From assembly GCA_963749585.1 (NCBI GenBank), contig CAVVNI010000003.1, forward strand, positions 550,695-614,694: 64,000 bases of DNA. The letters are read 5' to 3'. The translations under genes and the position numbers were made by a program. Positions 35,893 to 44,402 of this stretch are shown one piece after another. The notes under the pieces are model-generated. The model searched no databases and was not told where the DNA came from. It saw only the letters and a list, made by a program, of their open reading frames with translations. The stretch's first letter is position 1. The number at the start of each line of letters is the position of its first letter. The DNA is from an uncultured Actinomycetota bacterium. Its GTDB lineage: Bacteria > Actinomycetota > Actinomycetes > Actinomycetales > Dermatophilaceae.

Positions 35893-37104
35893 CTAGTTGG
35901 GCGCGGTACTGCACCGTTGGAGGGCGACGCCGGCCAGCCAGGCAGCAGCATCTGGCACGACTGCGTCGTCAAAGATCGCACGCGGAGAGTGGTTGTCCGG
36001 CGCCTTCTCGTGGTCGTCGCCGGGGCACGCTCCCAGCAAGAAGTAGGCCCCTGGCACCTCGTTCATCACGAACGACATGTCTTCCGAACCCATCTCCGGT
36101 AGCGGACGTTCGGCATACCGATCTGCCCCGAACAACTGCACCGCTACGTCGGCGGCGAGTGCATACTCGGCCTCGTCGTTGATCGTTGCTGGGTACCCCT
36201 CGCTGAACCCAACCGTGCTCGTCATCCCATGCGCCGCGCTGACTCCAGCGGCGACCCGCTCGATCGCTGCGTGGGCGGTATCCCGAGTCTCGGGGGAGAA
36301 CGTGCGCAACGTCGCGGCTAGTTCGGCGGTATCCGGGATGATGTTGTCCTTGGTGCCCGCGCTGACTCGGCCGACCGTCAGCACGACCGAGTCGAAAGCG
36401 TCGAAGGTGCGCGTCACCATCGTCTGCAGTGCCAGGACCATCTCGCAGATCACCGGCACCGGGTCGGCCGTTCGATGGGGCATCGACCCGTGACCGCCAC
36501 GACCCGTCACGCAGATGGTGACCGTGTCGGCCCCGGCCATCATGGCCCCGGCCTTGGCTGACCAGTGACCGTAGGGCAGCTCGGAGGAGAACGCATGCAT
36601 CGCGTATGCGGCATCGACCGGGCGGCCTGCCGCGTCCAGCAGTCCTTCGGCCAGCATCGGCTCGGCCCCGCCGGGTCCTTCCTCGGCCGGTTGGAACATG
36701 AACACGACATCGCCCGCGAGTTCTTCTCGCTGCGTGTGCAGGATGCGCGCCGCCCCGACGAGCGCAGCCATGTGCAGGTCGTGACCACACGCGTGCATCT
36801 GGCCGACATGCGTCGAGGCGTAGGGCACCTCGACCTCTTCGGTCACCGGCAGGCCGTCCATGTCGCCGCGCAGCAAGACGACTGGTCCGGTGTTGGCGCC
36901 AGACGCCCCGCCACGCATGACCGCGACGATCGAGCTCAGCCCGGTGCCGGTGGTGGTTTCGAGGTCGAGACCGTCCAACTCCTCGAGCAGCCGGGCCTGA
37001 GTCAGAGGCAGGTGAAGGCCGATCTCGGGGATCCGATGGAGATCGCGCCGCAGCTGGCGCAGATCGTCGGCGATGGTGTGAGCCAGTTCTGCGGTCCGCT
37101 TCAT
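35893..37104 (-). CDS. M20D-family amidohydrolase (N-acyl-L-amino acid amidohydrolase / hippurate hydrolase-like)
   Basis: LRRDLHRIPE.G..LP.T, LLRGDMDGLP..E......AS...G.MHACGHD.H...L.G.A, F.FQPAEEG.GGA. The track ORF 35893..37488 is an upstream extension; homology begins at ATG 37104. Confidence 0.85.
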   Translation of the reverse strand: MKRTAELAHTIADDLRQLRRDLHRIPEIGLHLPLTQARLLEELDGLDLETTTGTGLSSIVAVMRGGASGANTGPVVLLRGDMDGLPVTEEVEVPYASTHVGQMHACGHDLHMAALVGAARILHTQREELAGDVVFMFQPAEEGPGGAEPMLAEGLLDAAGRPVDAAYAMHAFSSELPYGHWSAKAGAMMAGADTVTICVTGRGGHGSMPHRTADPVPVICEMVLALQTMVTRTFDAFDSVVLTVGRVSAGTKDNIIPDTAELAATLRTFSPETRDTAHAAIERVAAGVSAAHGMTSTVGFSEGYPATINDEAEYALAADVAVQLFGADRYAERPLPEMGSEDMSFVMNEVPGAYFLLGACPGDDHEKAPDNHSPRAIFDDAVVPDAAAWLAGVALQRCSTAPN

Positions 37105-37156
37105 ACCGGCATTGTGTCGTGTCCCCCGGTGCAGAGTCTGGGACGATAGGAGCGAA

Positions 37157-38419
37157 ATGACGAGCAACCCCCTGTCCTCCCTTGCTGCTGCGAGCTCGAG
37201 CGGCGCCGACCCCCAGACGATCCGGATGGCGAGCATCGCGCTGATCTGCGGTGGCTTCGCGATCGGCGTGACCGAGTTCGTCACGATGGGTCTGCTCCCG
37301 CAGATCGCCGAAGGCATCTCCGTAGACATACCCACGGCCGGCCACACGATCTCGGCGTATGCCATCGGTGTGGTGGTCGGGGCCCCGTTGATCTCGATCT
37401 GGGGAGCCAAGGCACCCCGGCGGGCAATGCTGATCGGCCTCATGACGGTCTTCGCGATCGGGAACGCACTTGCGGCACTGGCGCCCAACTACGAGACCCT
37501 GATGGTGTCCAGATTCGTTGCCGGGTTACCGCACGGCGCCTTCTTCGGGATGGCCTCGCTGGTCGCAGTCAGCCTGGCACCGCGCGGTCGAAGCGGCCGC
37601 GCGGTCGGCACGATCATGCTCGGCATCCCGTTGGCGAACGTGCTCGGTGTGCCGGCCGCGACCTGGATGGGCCAGGTGTATGGGTGGCGCACCGCGTACT
37701 GGGGCGTTGCCGCGATCGGGGTGCTCACCGTGGTCCTGGTGCGGTTGTGGGTCCCCAAGACCCCGGCTGACCCGATGCAGAACTGGCGCAGAGAGATCGC
37801 CGCGTTCAAGACGACACAGGTCTGGCTGACGTTGCTGATCGGCGCGATCGGTTTCGGCGGCATGTTCGCGATGTACTCCTACATCGCCCCCACCGTCACG
37901 GAGGTCACCGGCCGTCCCGAAAGCTGGGTGCCACTGTTCTTGTTGGCCTTCGGGGTGGGGTCGATCGTCGGCACCCGGCTGGGGGGCATGCTGGCCGACT
38001 GGTCCATCCTTCGGTCTTTGGTGCTCAACGGCGTCATCATGGCCGGTCTCCTGGCCGCCTTCTCGATCACCTCGCAGTGGACCATCCCCGGGATGTTGAC
38101 CGTATTCAGCATTTCGGTGGTGACCGGGGCCTGGGTCATCGGGTTGCAGATGCGGCTGATGAGCGTTGCCGGCGAAGCCAAGAACCTCGGCGCGGCGATG
38201 AACCACGCCTCGCTGAACTTCGCCAACGCCCTCGGGGCTCTGCTCGGTGGGGCGGTGGTGAGCGCCGGGTATGGCTACCGGGCGCCGAGTCTGGTCGGTG
38301 CCGGTCTCGCTAGCCTCGGGTTGGTCATTCTGGCGACGTCGGTCATCGTGCATCGCCGCGATCAAGCCTCGACATCCATCCAAGCTATACGCGACCGTAC
38401 CCCGGTGATGGAGGTCTGA
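37157..38419 (+). CDS. MFS transporter (DHA1 / AraJ-like, 12 TMS)
   Basis: About 12 hydrophobic segments; F.IGVTEFV.MGLLP.IA......GH.IS.YA.GVV.GAP. TAGGAGCG RBS before ATG 37157. Confidence 0.8.
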   Translation: MTSNPLSSLAAASSSGADPQTIRMASIALICGGFAIGVTEFVTMGLLPQIAEGISVDIPTAGHTISAYAIGVVVGAPLISIWGAKAPRRAMLIGLMTVFAIGNALAALAPNYETLMVSRFVAGLPHGAFFGMASLVAVSLAPRGRSGRAVGTIMLGIPLANVLGVPAATWMGQVYGWRTAYWGVAAIGVLTVVLVRLWVPKTPADPMQNWRREIAAFKTTQVWLTLLIGAIGFGGMFAMYSYIAPTVTEVTGRPESWVPLFLLAFGVGSIVGTRLGGMLADWSILRSLVLNGVIMAGLLAAFSITSQWTIPGMLTVFSISVVTGAWVIGLQMRLMSVAGEAKNLGAAMNHASLNFANALGALLGGAVVSAGYGYRAPSLVGAGLASLGLVILATSVIVHRRDQASTSIQAIRDRTPVMEV

Positions 38420-38444
38420 GAGCTATGGAACTCCAAAGCCACCA

Positions 38445-39389
38445 TCACATTGACCGCCCGGCCTTCCAGGGGCGACCTGGGAAGTGGATCCGGAACGTAG
38501 CGGGCGGGTCGACGGGCAGCGGCTTGTCGTATCCACGACTGGCCAGAACGGCACCGATCCGACGCACCGTCTCCCACGGCGTGTCGTACACATCGGCAGC
38601 ACGCACCACGAGCAACCGCCACCGGTGGTCATCGAGCCACTCTCGACGCCGGATGTCATGGCCCCACTGCGTCGCATCGTCGGCGTGATGACGACCGTCA
38701 TACTCGATGGCCAGTCGCAACTCTGGATAGCTGAGGTCCAGGCGATAGGTCACCTCGCCGTTGACACCCCGGATCGAGATGTTGATGGCCGGCTCGGGCA
38801 GGCCCGCGAACACCATCATCAGGCGCACCCGCGTCTCCATCGGCGACTCCACCCGAGCCCGCACCATCTCAGCGGCCTGGCCGGCCCAACGTCGGGCGCC
38901 GCTCGTCATCTCATCGACGGCGGCGAGCAGGGATGCTGGGTCGAGACATCCTCGATGCACGAGTGAGTCACCCAGAACCACAAGGTCGACGAGATCTAGG
39001 TCGTCGGCGAGATCACAGAAGGTCTGTGCCGGAGTCGTCACCCGTAGCGGGCCGCGATGCTCGGTCTGCAGATCTCGGCCGACGTGGACCATCAGGCCTA
39101 GGCGGCGTCGCCGCTGGCGGGCCGTTGCCACCGTGACGTGGGTCGATGAGTCCTCGGGAACCACTGCCCCGTGCAGCCGAGCCGCGGTGTGGCGGCTGAC
39201 CACGGCGTTCGGCACGACCAGGGTGGCAGCACGCGCCAGGATTTCGGGCGTGAGCTGAGACTGCTTCGTCACCCTGACGGATCCAAACAGCTGATGGTAG
39301 GCCGGGCCGTCCACGTCGTACTTGGTCAGGCCAGCCTCGATTGCTTCTTGTCGGAGGAACGGCCAGGGGCCACCCACCTGTGAGTGCAT
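38445..39389 (-). CDS. DUF559 protein (Vsr/restriction-endonuclease-like fold C-terminus)
   Basis: C-terminal ES..E...R......GLPEP..N..I......V.YRLDL.YP..RLAIEYDG..H........D..R...L...GW..L.V...D, typical of actinobacterial DUF559 proteins. Confidence 0.7.
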   Translation of the reverse strand: MHSQVGGPWPFLRQEAIEAGLTKYDVDGPAYHQLFGSVRVTKQSQLTPEILARAATLVVPNAVVSRHTAARLHGAVVPEDSSTHVTVATARQRRRRLGLMVHVGRDLQTEHRGPLRVTTPAQTFCDLADDLDLVDLVVLGDSLVHRGCLDPASLLAAVDEMTSGARRWAGQAAEMVRARVESPMETRVRLMMVFAGLPEPAINISIRGVNGEVTYRLDLSYPELRLAIEYDGRHHADDATQWGHDIRRREWLDDHRWRLLVVRAADVYDTPWETVRRIGAVLASRGYDKPLPVDPPATFRIHFPGRPWKAGRSM

Positions 39390-39629
39390 GGGTCAACTGT
39401 GCCGAACGGGCCGGCGAGGTGGCGGCGTTATCCACAGGTTGACCCGTGTGGTCCGCCGACACGCCCGGGTTCTGCGGCTCCAGCGCGCACGTGAACCCGT
39501 GAGCCGCTGGTGACGGGAGTGTCGGCGGGTCAGAACGGCCGGGTATGCGCGCAGCGAGGTGCGTGGAGCGCCGACATCGATGCGTGACCTTTTGGGGTTG
39601 CGTCAGGGGCTGGGTGTTCAATACGGCAC

Positions 39630-40352
39630 GTGATGCAGTTTTCGGGATCGGCCGCCAAAGCCGGGATGCGTGCAGCCCTACCGCTGGCGCTTGGCGCGAT
39701 TCCGTTCGGACTGGTCTACGGGGTCGCGGTGAGCGACAGCTCGATATCGGCGTGGGTGGGAGCGGCGGGCTCTTGGCTGATCCTGGCCGGAGCCGCCCAG
39801 ATCAGCATGCTCGAGCTGATGGAGAATGGTGCCGCCTGGCCGATCGCCGTTGGCACAGCCCTGGTCATCAACGCCCGGTTCGCCCTGTATAGCGCTGCCT
39901 TGGCCCCGGCCTTCGCCAGGTTTCCTCGCCGCTGGCGCTTCACCTTGCCGTACCTGCTGACCGACCAAGCCGCGAGCCTGTCGATGACCCGGTTTCGGGA
40001 GATGCACGACCCGGTGGCCCGCCGCTCCTACTATCTGGCATCGGCGCTGCTGGTTGCCTTCCTGTGGTGGTCCGGCTCGGTCGCTGGGATCGTCTTGGGG
40101 GCCTCCATCCCCGAGCAGATCGATATCGGGTTTGCGGTGCCGGCGATGTTCCTGGCGCTGTTGATCCCGTCGCTGACCGACCGGCCCGCGGTGATTGCTG
40201 CCGTGGTCGGTGGGGCCGTCAGCGTGTTGGCCGCGCCCCTGCCCAGCGGCCTCAACATCACCCTGGCCGCCATCGCCGGGATCGCCGCGGGAGCCGGCGC
40301 TCTGCCGCGGGTCGACCAGGCCGGAGCGGGGCAGAGCGAGGTGACCCGATGA
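39630..40352 (+). CDS. azlC: AzlC-family branched-chain amino acid exporter subunit
   Basis: LP.ALG.IPFGL.YG......G.S......S.LI.AGAAQ......., .V.NARF.LYSAAL..., LTD... Confidence 0.85.
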   Translation: MMQFSGSAAKAGMRAALPLALGAIPFGLVYGVAVSDSSISAWVGAAGSWLILAGAAQISMLELMENGAAWPIAVGTALVINARFALYSAALAPAFARFPRRWRFTLPYLLTDQAASLSMTRFREMHDPVARRSYYLASALLVAFLWWSGSVAGIVLGASIPEQIDIGFAVPAMFLALLIPSLTDRPAVIAAVVGGAVSVLAAPLPSGLNITLAAIAGIAAGAGALPRVDQAGAGQSEVTR

Positions 40353-40663
40353 GCCCGCTGCTGCAGATCCTGCTCGCTGGACTGGGCACTTACCTACTTC
40401 GGCTGTCCTTCATCGGCCTGTCCAGCCGACTGGGAACGCCGTCGCCGCGCACCGAAGAGGTCCTGCGACTGATCGGCCCGGCCGTGCTCGCCGCCATCGT
40501 CGCCGATCAGCTCTTCGTCGGTGAGCGGACGTGGATCCTCCAGTGGGACTGGTGGATCGCCGGGGTCCTCGCCGGGCTCATCGCGTGGCGATGGAAGTCG
40601 GCCGGACTGACGATGGTGACGGGCATGGTGATCGTGTGGGTTCTCGATGCCACCGTGAACTGA
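40349..40663 (+). CDS. azlD: AzlD-family small membrane protein
   Basis: MSPLLQILLAGLGTYLLRLSFI...; 104 aa, 3-4 TM helices. ATGA overlap with azlC. It sits inside the longer track ORF 40064..40663. Confidence 0.75.
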   Translation: MSPLLQILLAGLGTYLLRLSFIGLSSRLGTPSPRTEEVLRLIGPAVLAAIVADQLFVGERTWILQWDWWIAGVLAGLIAWRWKSAGLTMVTGMVIVWVLDATVN

Positions 40664-40675
40664 TGACTGAGGCCG

Positions 40676-40774
40676 ATGAGTGAGCCGGCGATGGTCAGCG
40701 ATGCCGACCATCGCCGGGTCCTTGGCGCTCGCCATCTGCTGACCGCGAGCACTCGCACTGACGACGTTGAGGCG
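40676..40774 (+). pseudogene. Orphan 5' fragment (first 33 codons) of an alkZ/ycaQ-like gene
   Basis: MSEPAMVSDADHRRVLGARHLLTASTRTDDVEA parallels MSAHQISDADRRRLLGARHLLTASARTDDVEA at 55317. After codon 33 similarity stops, and the ORF runs antisense through the 3' end of the GntR gene. Confidence 0.6.
40697..40774 (+). repeat. Left copy of a 78-bp imperfect direct repeat
   Basis: Hand alignment to 55335-55412 gives 72 of 78 identical positions with no gaps. Confidence 0.85.
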
Positions 40775-40858
40775 CACAGGCCTGACACCTCCGGGTCCGG
40801 AAAAGCAAGCGGACGCTCAGTGCTTCTTGGGATCAGAGGCGGAGAGAGTTGGGGCGAG

Positions 40859-41542
40859 TTAATGCGCCAGGTCTGGCGCAAAGAGTCCTTCGTGCTTGGC
40901 AAGCTCAACTCTCGTGCGCCGGATGTGCTGGGTCAGCGTGAGGCAGGCCGCCTCGGTGTCGCCCTCGGCGATAGCCTCGATGAGGAGCCGGTGCTCCGCG
41001 TTGATGATCCACGACCGCTCACGACCGGTGAGTCGGGTGAACGCACGCCGGTAGGACTGGGTCGTGTCCCACAGTCGCTGCGTCAAGTCCGCCAGTTGCG
41101 TGGCCCCATGTTCGGCATATGAGGTCCAGTGCAGCTCGCGGTCAAGCACGAGGAATCGCTCGACGTCGTCCGTGGCTTCGATTTGGTCTTGGAGGGCTCG
41201 CATCCTTGCCACATGATGCTGGGTCAAGTGGGGCATGCTCTCCAACAGGAGTAGCGGCTCCAGACGCTCGCGGATCTTGTAGGAGATCTCGAGGTCCTGC
41301 AGCCTCATCTGCGAGACCCAGGCGCCCGTATTGGCTCGCAGCATCACGAGGCCTCGGGAGGCGAGTATCCGCAGTGCTTCCCTCACTGGAATCCGGCTGG
41401 TCTCGAACTCTTGGGCCAGCTCGTCCTGCTTGATCCTGGTGCCGGGTGCCAGCTTTCCGGACAGAATCCGCTCGGCTACTGCGGTGGCGACCCGATGGCT
41501 AGCGACCGGCGCGCCCGTGTTGATCGGCTCGAGGTCGCTCAC
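40859..41542 (-). CDS. GntR-family transcriptional regulator (FadR subfamily, FCD domain)
   Basis: IL.G.L.PG.R..Q.ELA..F..SR.PVREAL..L...GLV.......GA.V, C-terminal all-helical FCD-like region. GTG 41542 has AGGAG 5 nt upstream, 16 nt after the VOC gene stop. Confidence 0.85.
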   Translation of the reverse strand: MSDLEPINTGAPVASHRVATAVAERILSGKLAPGTRIKQDELAQEFETSRIPVREALRILASRGLVMLRANTGAWVSQMRLQDLEISYKIRERLEPLLLLESMPHLTQHHVARMRALQDQIEATDDVERFLVLDRELHWTSYAEHGATQLADLTQRLWDTTQSYRRAFTRLTGRERSWIINAEHRLLIEAIAEGDTEAACLTLTQHIRRTRVELAKHEGLFAPDLAH

Positions 41543-41558
41543 GTCGGCTCCTGTGAGG

Positions 41559-42068
41559 TCATTCGAACGCGGCTGGGGTTTTGTCGAACGCCTTGCCCTG
41601 TGGGTATGAAACAAGCTCGAACTGCATACCCCACGGGGAAAGGAAGTAGATCCATCGTTGTCCTTGGCTGGCGCCCCGGCTGGTCGTCGCATCGCCAAGA
41701 ACGCGTAGGCCATTGCGGTGCAGGGCCTCTACTGCGACGTCGAAGTCGGTGACGTAGAGGGCGACATGGTGCCCACCGATGTCGCTGTTCAAGGGTGGCT
41801 TCGTCTGTTGATCTGGCGCCTCATACTCGAAGACTTCGAAGATCGCCTGGCCGCCCAACCGGTAGAAATGGAGCCGGCGCATCACGGCCCGATCCGGTAC
41901 GTTGAGATGCTCACTCATCCACGATCCGGAATCTTGGAACGGTCCGAGCCGGTAGAGATACTCGCAGCCCAGAATCTCTGTGAAGAACACGTGCGCTTCG
42001 GCGAGGTCCGGCACGGTCAGCCCAATGTGGTCGACTCGGCTGATCCCAGGAATCAGTATCGGGGACAT
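41559..42068 (-). CDS. VOC-family protein (glyoxalase/bleomycin-resistance/extradiol-dioxygenase fold)
   Basis: ISRVDHIGLTVPDL.EA..FF...LG........GP........, GGHHVALYV.D.D.A...L...G........, W.YF..PWG...EL. The start is taken at ATG 42068 (MSPILIPG). Confidence 0.8.
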   Translation of the reverse strand: MSPILIPGISRVDHIGLTVPDLAEAHVFFTEILGCEYLYRLGPFQDSGSWMSEHLNVPDRAVMRRLHFYRLGGQAIFEVFEYEAPDQQTKPPLNSDIGGHHVALYVTDFDVAVEALHRNGLRVLGDATTSRGASQGQRWIYFLSPWGMQFELVSYPQGKAFDKTPAAFE

Positions 42069-42080
42069 GAGTGCTCCTTG

Positions 42081-42094
42081 CAATGGATCCATTG
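42081..42094. promoter_or_regulatory. Perfect 14-bp palindrome CAATGGATCCATTG in the divergent VOC/GntR - E1 control region (candidate operator)
   Basis: Read directly. It lies 13 nt upstream of the VOC start on the minus strand, within the 152-bp divergent intergenic region. GTATggATAC and TGTCGACA palindromes lie further on in the same region. Confidence 0.3.
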
Positions 42095-42220
42095 GGGTCC
42101 TACTCTAGTCATGGCAGCACCTTATGTCGACACATTGACCAGAGTGTACGGATGGTATGGATACATTCAGTGGCTCTGGATCTTCGCAGCACTCGGTCGA
42201 CCGAAAAGAGAGAGAGCGTC

Positions 42221-44401
42221 ATGGCCAAGACACGCCGCCTGGAAACCGATGCCCCCTGGACGGAAGTACTCGTCGACGAGGGCGACTGGGACGATGCGGA
42301 CCCCTCGCTGCTGCAGACGATGTTCACCCAACTCCAGCTGATCCGTTCGTTCGAGGAATACGTGCTGGAGCTGGCCGCCTCCGGCCTGATCAACGGGCCT
42401 GCACACTCCAGTATCGGTCAGGAGGGAGGAGCCGTCGGCACCGTCCTGGCCTTGGGGGCCGGTGACACTGTGAATGGGTCACACCGGGGGCATCACCAGT
42501 TCCTCGCGAAGGTTATCCAGCACGTGGCCCCTGATGGCGTCCCGATCGATGACTTCTCTGAAGACCTGCGCGCCGTCCTCTTGCGCTGCCTCGCCGAGAT
42601 CTGCGGGCTGGACCGCGGATTCAGCCACGGCCGGGGAGGCTCGATGCATCTGCAATGGAAAGAGGCGGGTGCGATCGGCACGAACGCGATTGTCGGCGGT
42701 GGTGTGCCCTTGGCGGCCGGATCAGCATGGGCGCACCGCAACGCCGGGACGGACCGAGTCGCCGTCACCTACTTCGGTGACGGCGCGATCAACATCGGGT
42801 CGACGCTCGAGACGTTCAACCTCGCTGCGGCCTGGAAGCTCCCCATCTGCTTCGCGATCGAGAACAACCAGTATGCAGTGTCCACCAGTGTCCAAGAGGC
42901 CACGGGCGAGCCGCGGCTCTCGGCTCGGGGTCCCGGATTCGGGATCGCCAGCTGGAAGGTCGACGGCATGGACCCTCTGGCGACCTACCACGCGATGACC
43001 CAAGCTGTGGAACACATGCGAAGCGGCAAGGGACCGGCTGTGGTGGAGTTGGACGTCTACCGCTATTTTCACCAGAACGGCGGCTTTCCCGGCTCCTCGT
43101 TCGGCTACCGAAGCAAAGAAGAGGAGAAGTCGTGGCGGGCACGCGACCCGATCGCCCAAGTCTCCGGTCACCTTGTCCGCAGAGGCATCCTCAGCCAGGA
43201 CGCGATCGACGAGTTTGTCGCCTCCAGCGGTGCGCTCATGGCCGAAATCGGTGACATGCTCGTCGAACCGATGCCCGACGGCAAACCTCGTCAGCGTCGG
43301 ATCAAGCCGGACGAGTGGCCTGACCCCGATTTCGTCAACGTCGGTGTGCGCGGCGACCTCAGCGAGTTCGATGACGTGTCGATGCTCGATGGAGAGCCGG
43401 TCGGTGGCGTGACCCAGGGCCGCTTCGTCGACTCGATCGCCGCCGTGATCGGGCGAGCGATGGACACCGATGAGTCCGTCATCGTGCTGGGCGAGGATGT
43501 CCACCGCCTCAAGGGGGGGACCAACGGTGCGACCCGCGGCCTCAAAGATCAATTCCCCGACCGGGTCCTCGGGACTCCGATCAGCGAGAATGCCTTCACC
43601 GGCTTGGCCGGGGGAATGGCCCTGGACGGGCGGTTCAAGCCGGTTATCGAGTTCATGTATGCCGACTTCATGTGGGTCGCCGCAGACCAGCTCTTCAACC
43701 AGATCGGCAAGGCGCGGCACATGTTCGGGGGCACGGACGAGGTGCCGGTCGTGCTGCGGAGCAAGGTGGCGATGGGGACGGGCTACGGATCTCAACACTC
43801 GATGGATCCTGCCGGCGTGATGGTGACCTCTCCCGGGTGGCGGATCGTGGCCCCATCAACACCGTTGGACTATGTCGGCCTGTTCAATACGGCGCTGCAG
43901 TGCAAGGACCCGGTGATCATTTTGGAGCATGTGGACTTGTACACCTCCATGGGGGATACCCCCGTTCAGGACCTAGATTTCTGCCTGCCCGTCGGGAAGG
44001 CGGCGATCCGGCGCGAGGGCAGTGACATCACCGTCATCACCTACCTCGCCATGACTGCCTACGTCCTCGAGGCAGTCGAAGCGACCGGCGTCGACGCAGA
44101 GGTGATCGACTTGCGTTGGCTCGATCGCGCGAGCATCGACTGGGACACGATCGGCGCGAGCGTTAAGGCGACCAATAACGTCCTGATCGCCGAGCAGGGG
44201 GCCGTCGGCACGTCCTATGGCGGCTGGCTCGCCGACGAGATCCAACGCCGGTTCTTCGACTGGCTCGATGCCCCTATCGAGCGGGTCACAGGTGGGGAGG
44301 CGTCCCCGAGTATCAGCAAGGTTTTGGAGCGGGCTGCGATCGCGCGGTCCGAGGAAGTGGTCGCCAAGCTTGAGCAGCTTGAGCAGCTCGGGGGGAACTG
44401 A
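42221..44401 (+). CDS. Fused E1 alpha/beta component of a thiamine-diphosphate-dependent 2-oxoacid (or acetoin-type) dehydrogenase complex
   Basis: N-terminal half is alpha-like (IRSFEE......G.I.GP.H.S.GQE..AVG......D...GSHRGHH..LAK, GG.G.MH, YFGDGA.N.G...E..N.AA.WKLP..F.IENN.YA). C-terminal half is beta-like (V...GEDV.........T.GL...F...RV..TPISE..F.G...G.A..G..P..E.M..DF, two transketolase-like domains). The start is at MAKTRR (ATG 42221). Confidence 0.85.
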   Translation: MAKTRRLETDAPWTEVLVDEGDWDDADPSLLQTMFTQLQLIRSFEEYVLELAASGLINGPAHSSIGQEGGAVGTVLALGAGDTVNGSHRGHHQFLAKVIQHVAPDGVPIDDFSEDLRAVLLRCLAEICGLDRGFSHGRGGSMHLQWKEAGAIGTNAIVGGGVPLAAGSAWAHRNAGTDRVAVTYFGDGAINIGSTLETFNLAAAWKLPICFAIENNQYAVSTSVQEATGEPRLSARGPGFGIASWKVDGMDPLATYHAMTQAVEHMRSGKGPAVVELDVYRYFHQNGGFPGSSFGYRSKEEEKSWRARDPIAQVSGHLVRRGILSQDAIDEFVASSGALMAEIGDMLVEPMPDGKPRQRRIKPDEWPDPDFVNVGVRGDLSEFDDVSMLDGEPVGGVTQGRFVDSIAAVIGRAMDTDESVIVLGEDVHRLKGGTNGATRGLKDQFPDRVLGTPISENAFTGLAGGMALDGRFKPVIEFMYADFMWVAADQLFNQIGKARHMFGGTDEVPVVLRSKVAMGTGYGSQHSMDPAGVMVTSPGWRIVAPSTPLDYVGLFNTALQCKDPVIILEHVDLYTSMGDTPVQDLDFCLPVGKAAIRREGSDITVITYLAMTAYVLEAVEATGVDAEVIDLRWLDRASIDWDTIGASVKATNNVLIAEQGAVGTSYGGWLADEIQRRFFDWLDAPIERVTGGEASPSISKVLERAAIARSEEVVAKLEQLEQLGGN

Positions 44402-44402
44402 C

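Noticed and set aside
35834-35907. Three copies of GCGCGGT (two as TGAGCGCGGT) spaced 32-33 nt apart between the photolyase and amidohydrolase stops.
   Set aside because: It is a short GC-rich heptamer. Two copies overlap stop codons of convergent genes, and there is no inverted symmetry or known motif. Chance recurrence is plausible in this composition.
39428-39436. Perfect E. coli-type DnaA box TTATCCACA in the DUF559/azlC intergenic region.
   Set aside because: It is a single isolated 9-mer with no cluster of boxes, no AT-rich unwinding element and no dnaA/dnaN nearby. The actinobacterial consensus also differs (TTGTCCACA). It is most likely chance.
40775-41122. The remainder of the 148-aa ORF 40676..41122 as a real protein.
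   Set aside because: Only the first 33 codons resemble the alkZ/ycaQ-like N-terminus. The rest has no recognisable features and lies antisense to the well-supported GntR gene. I treat it as a gene stub reading into unrelated sequence.
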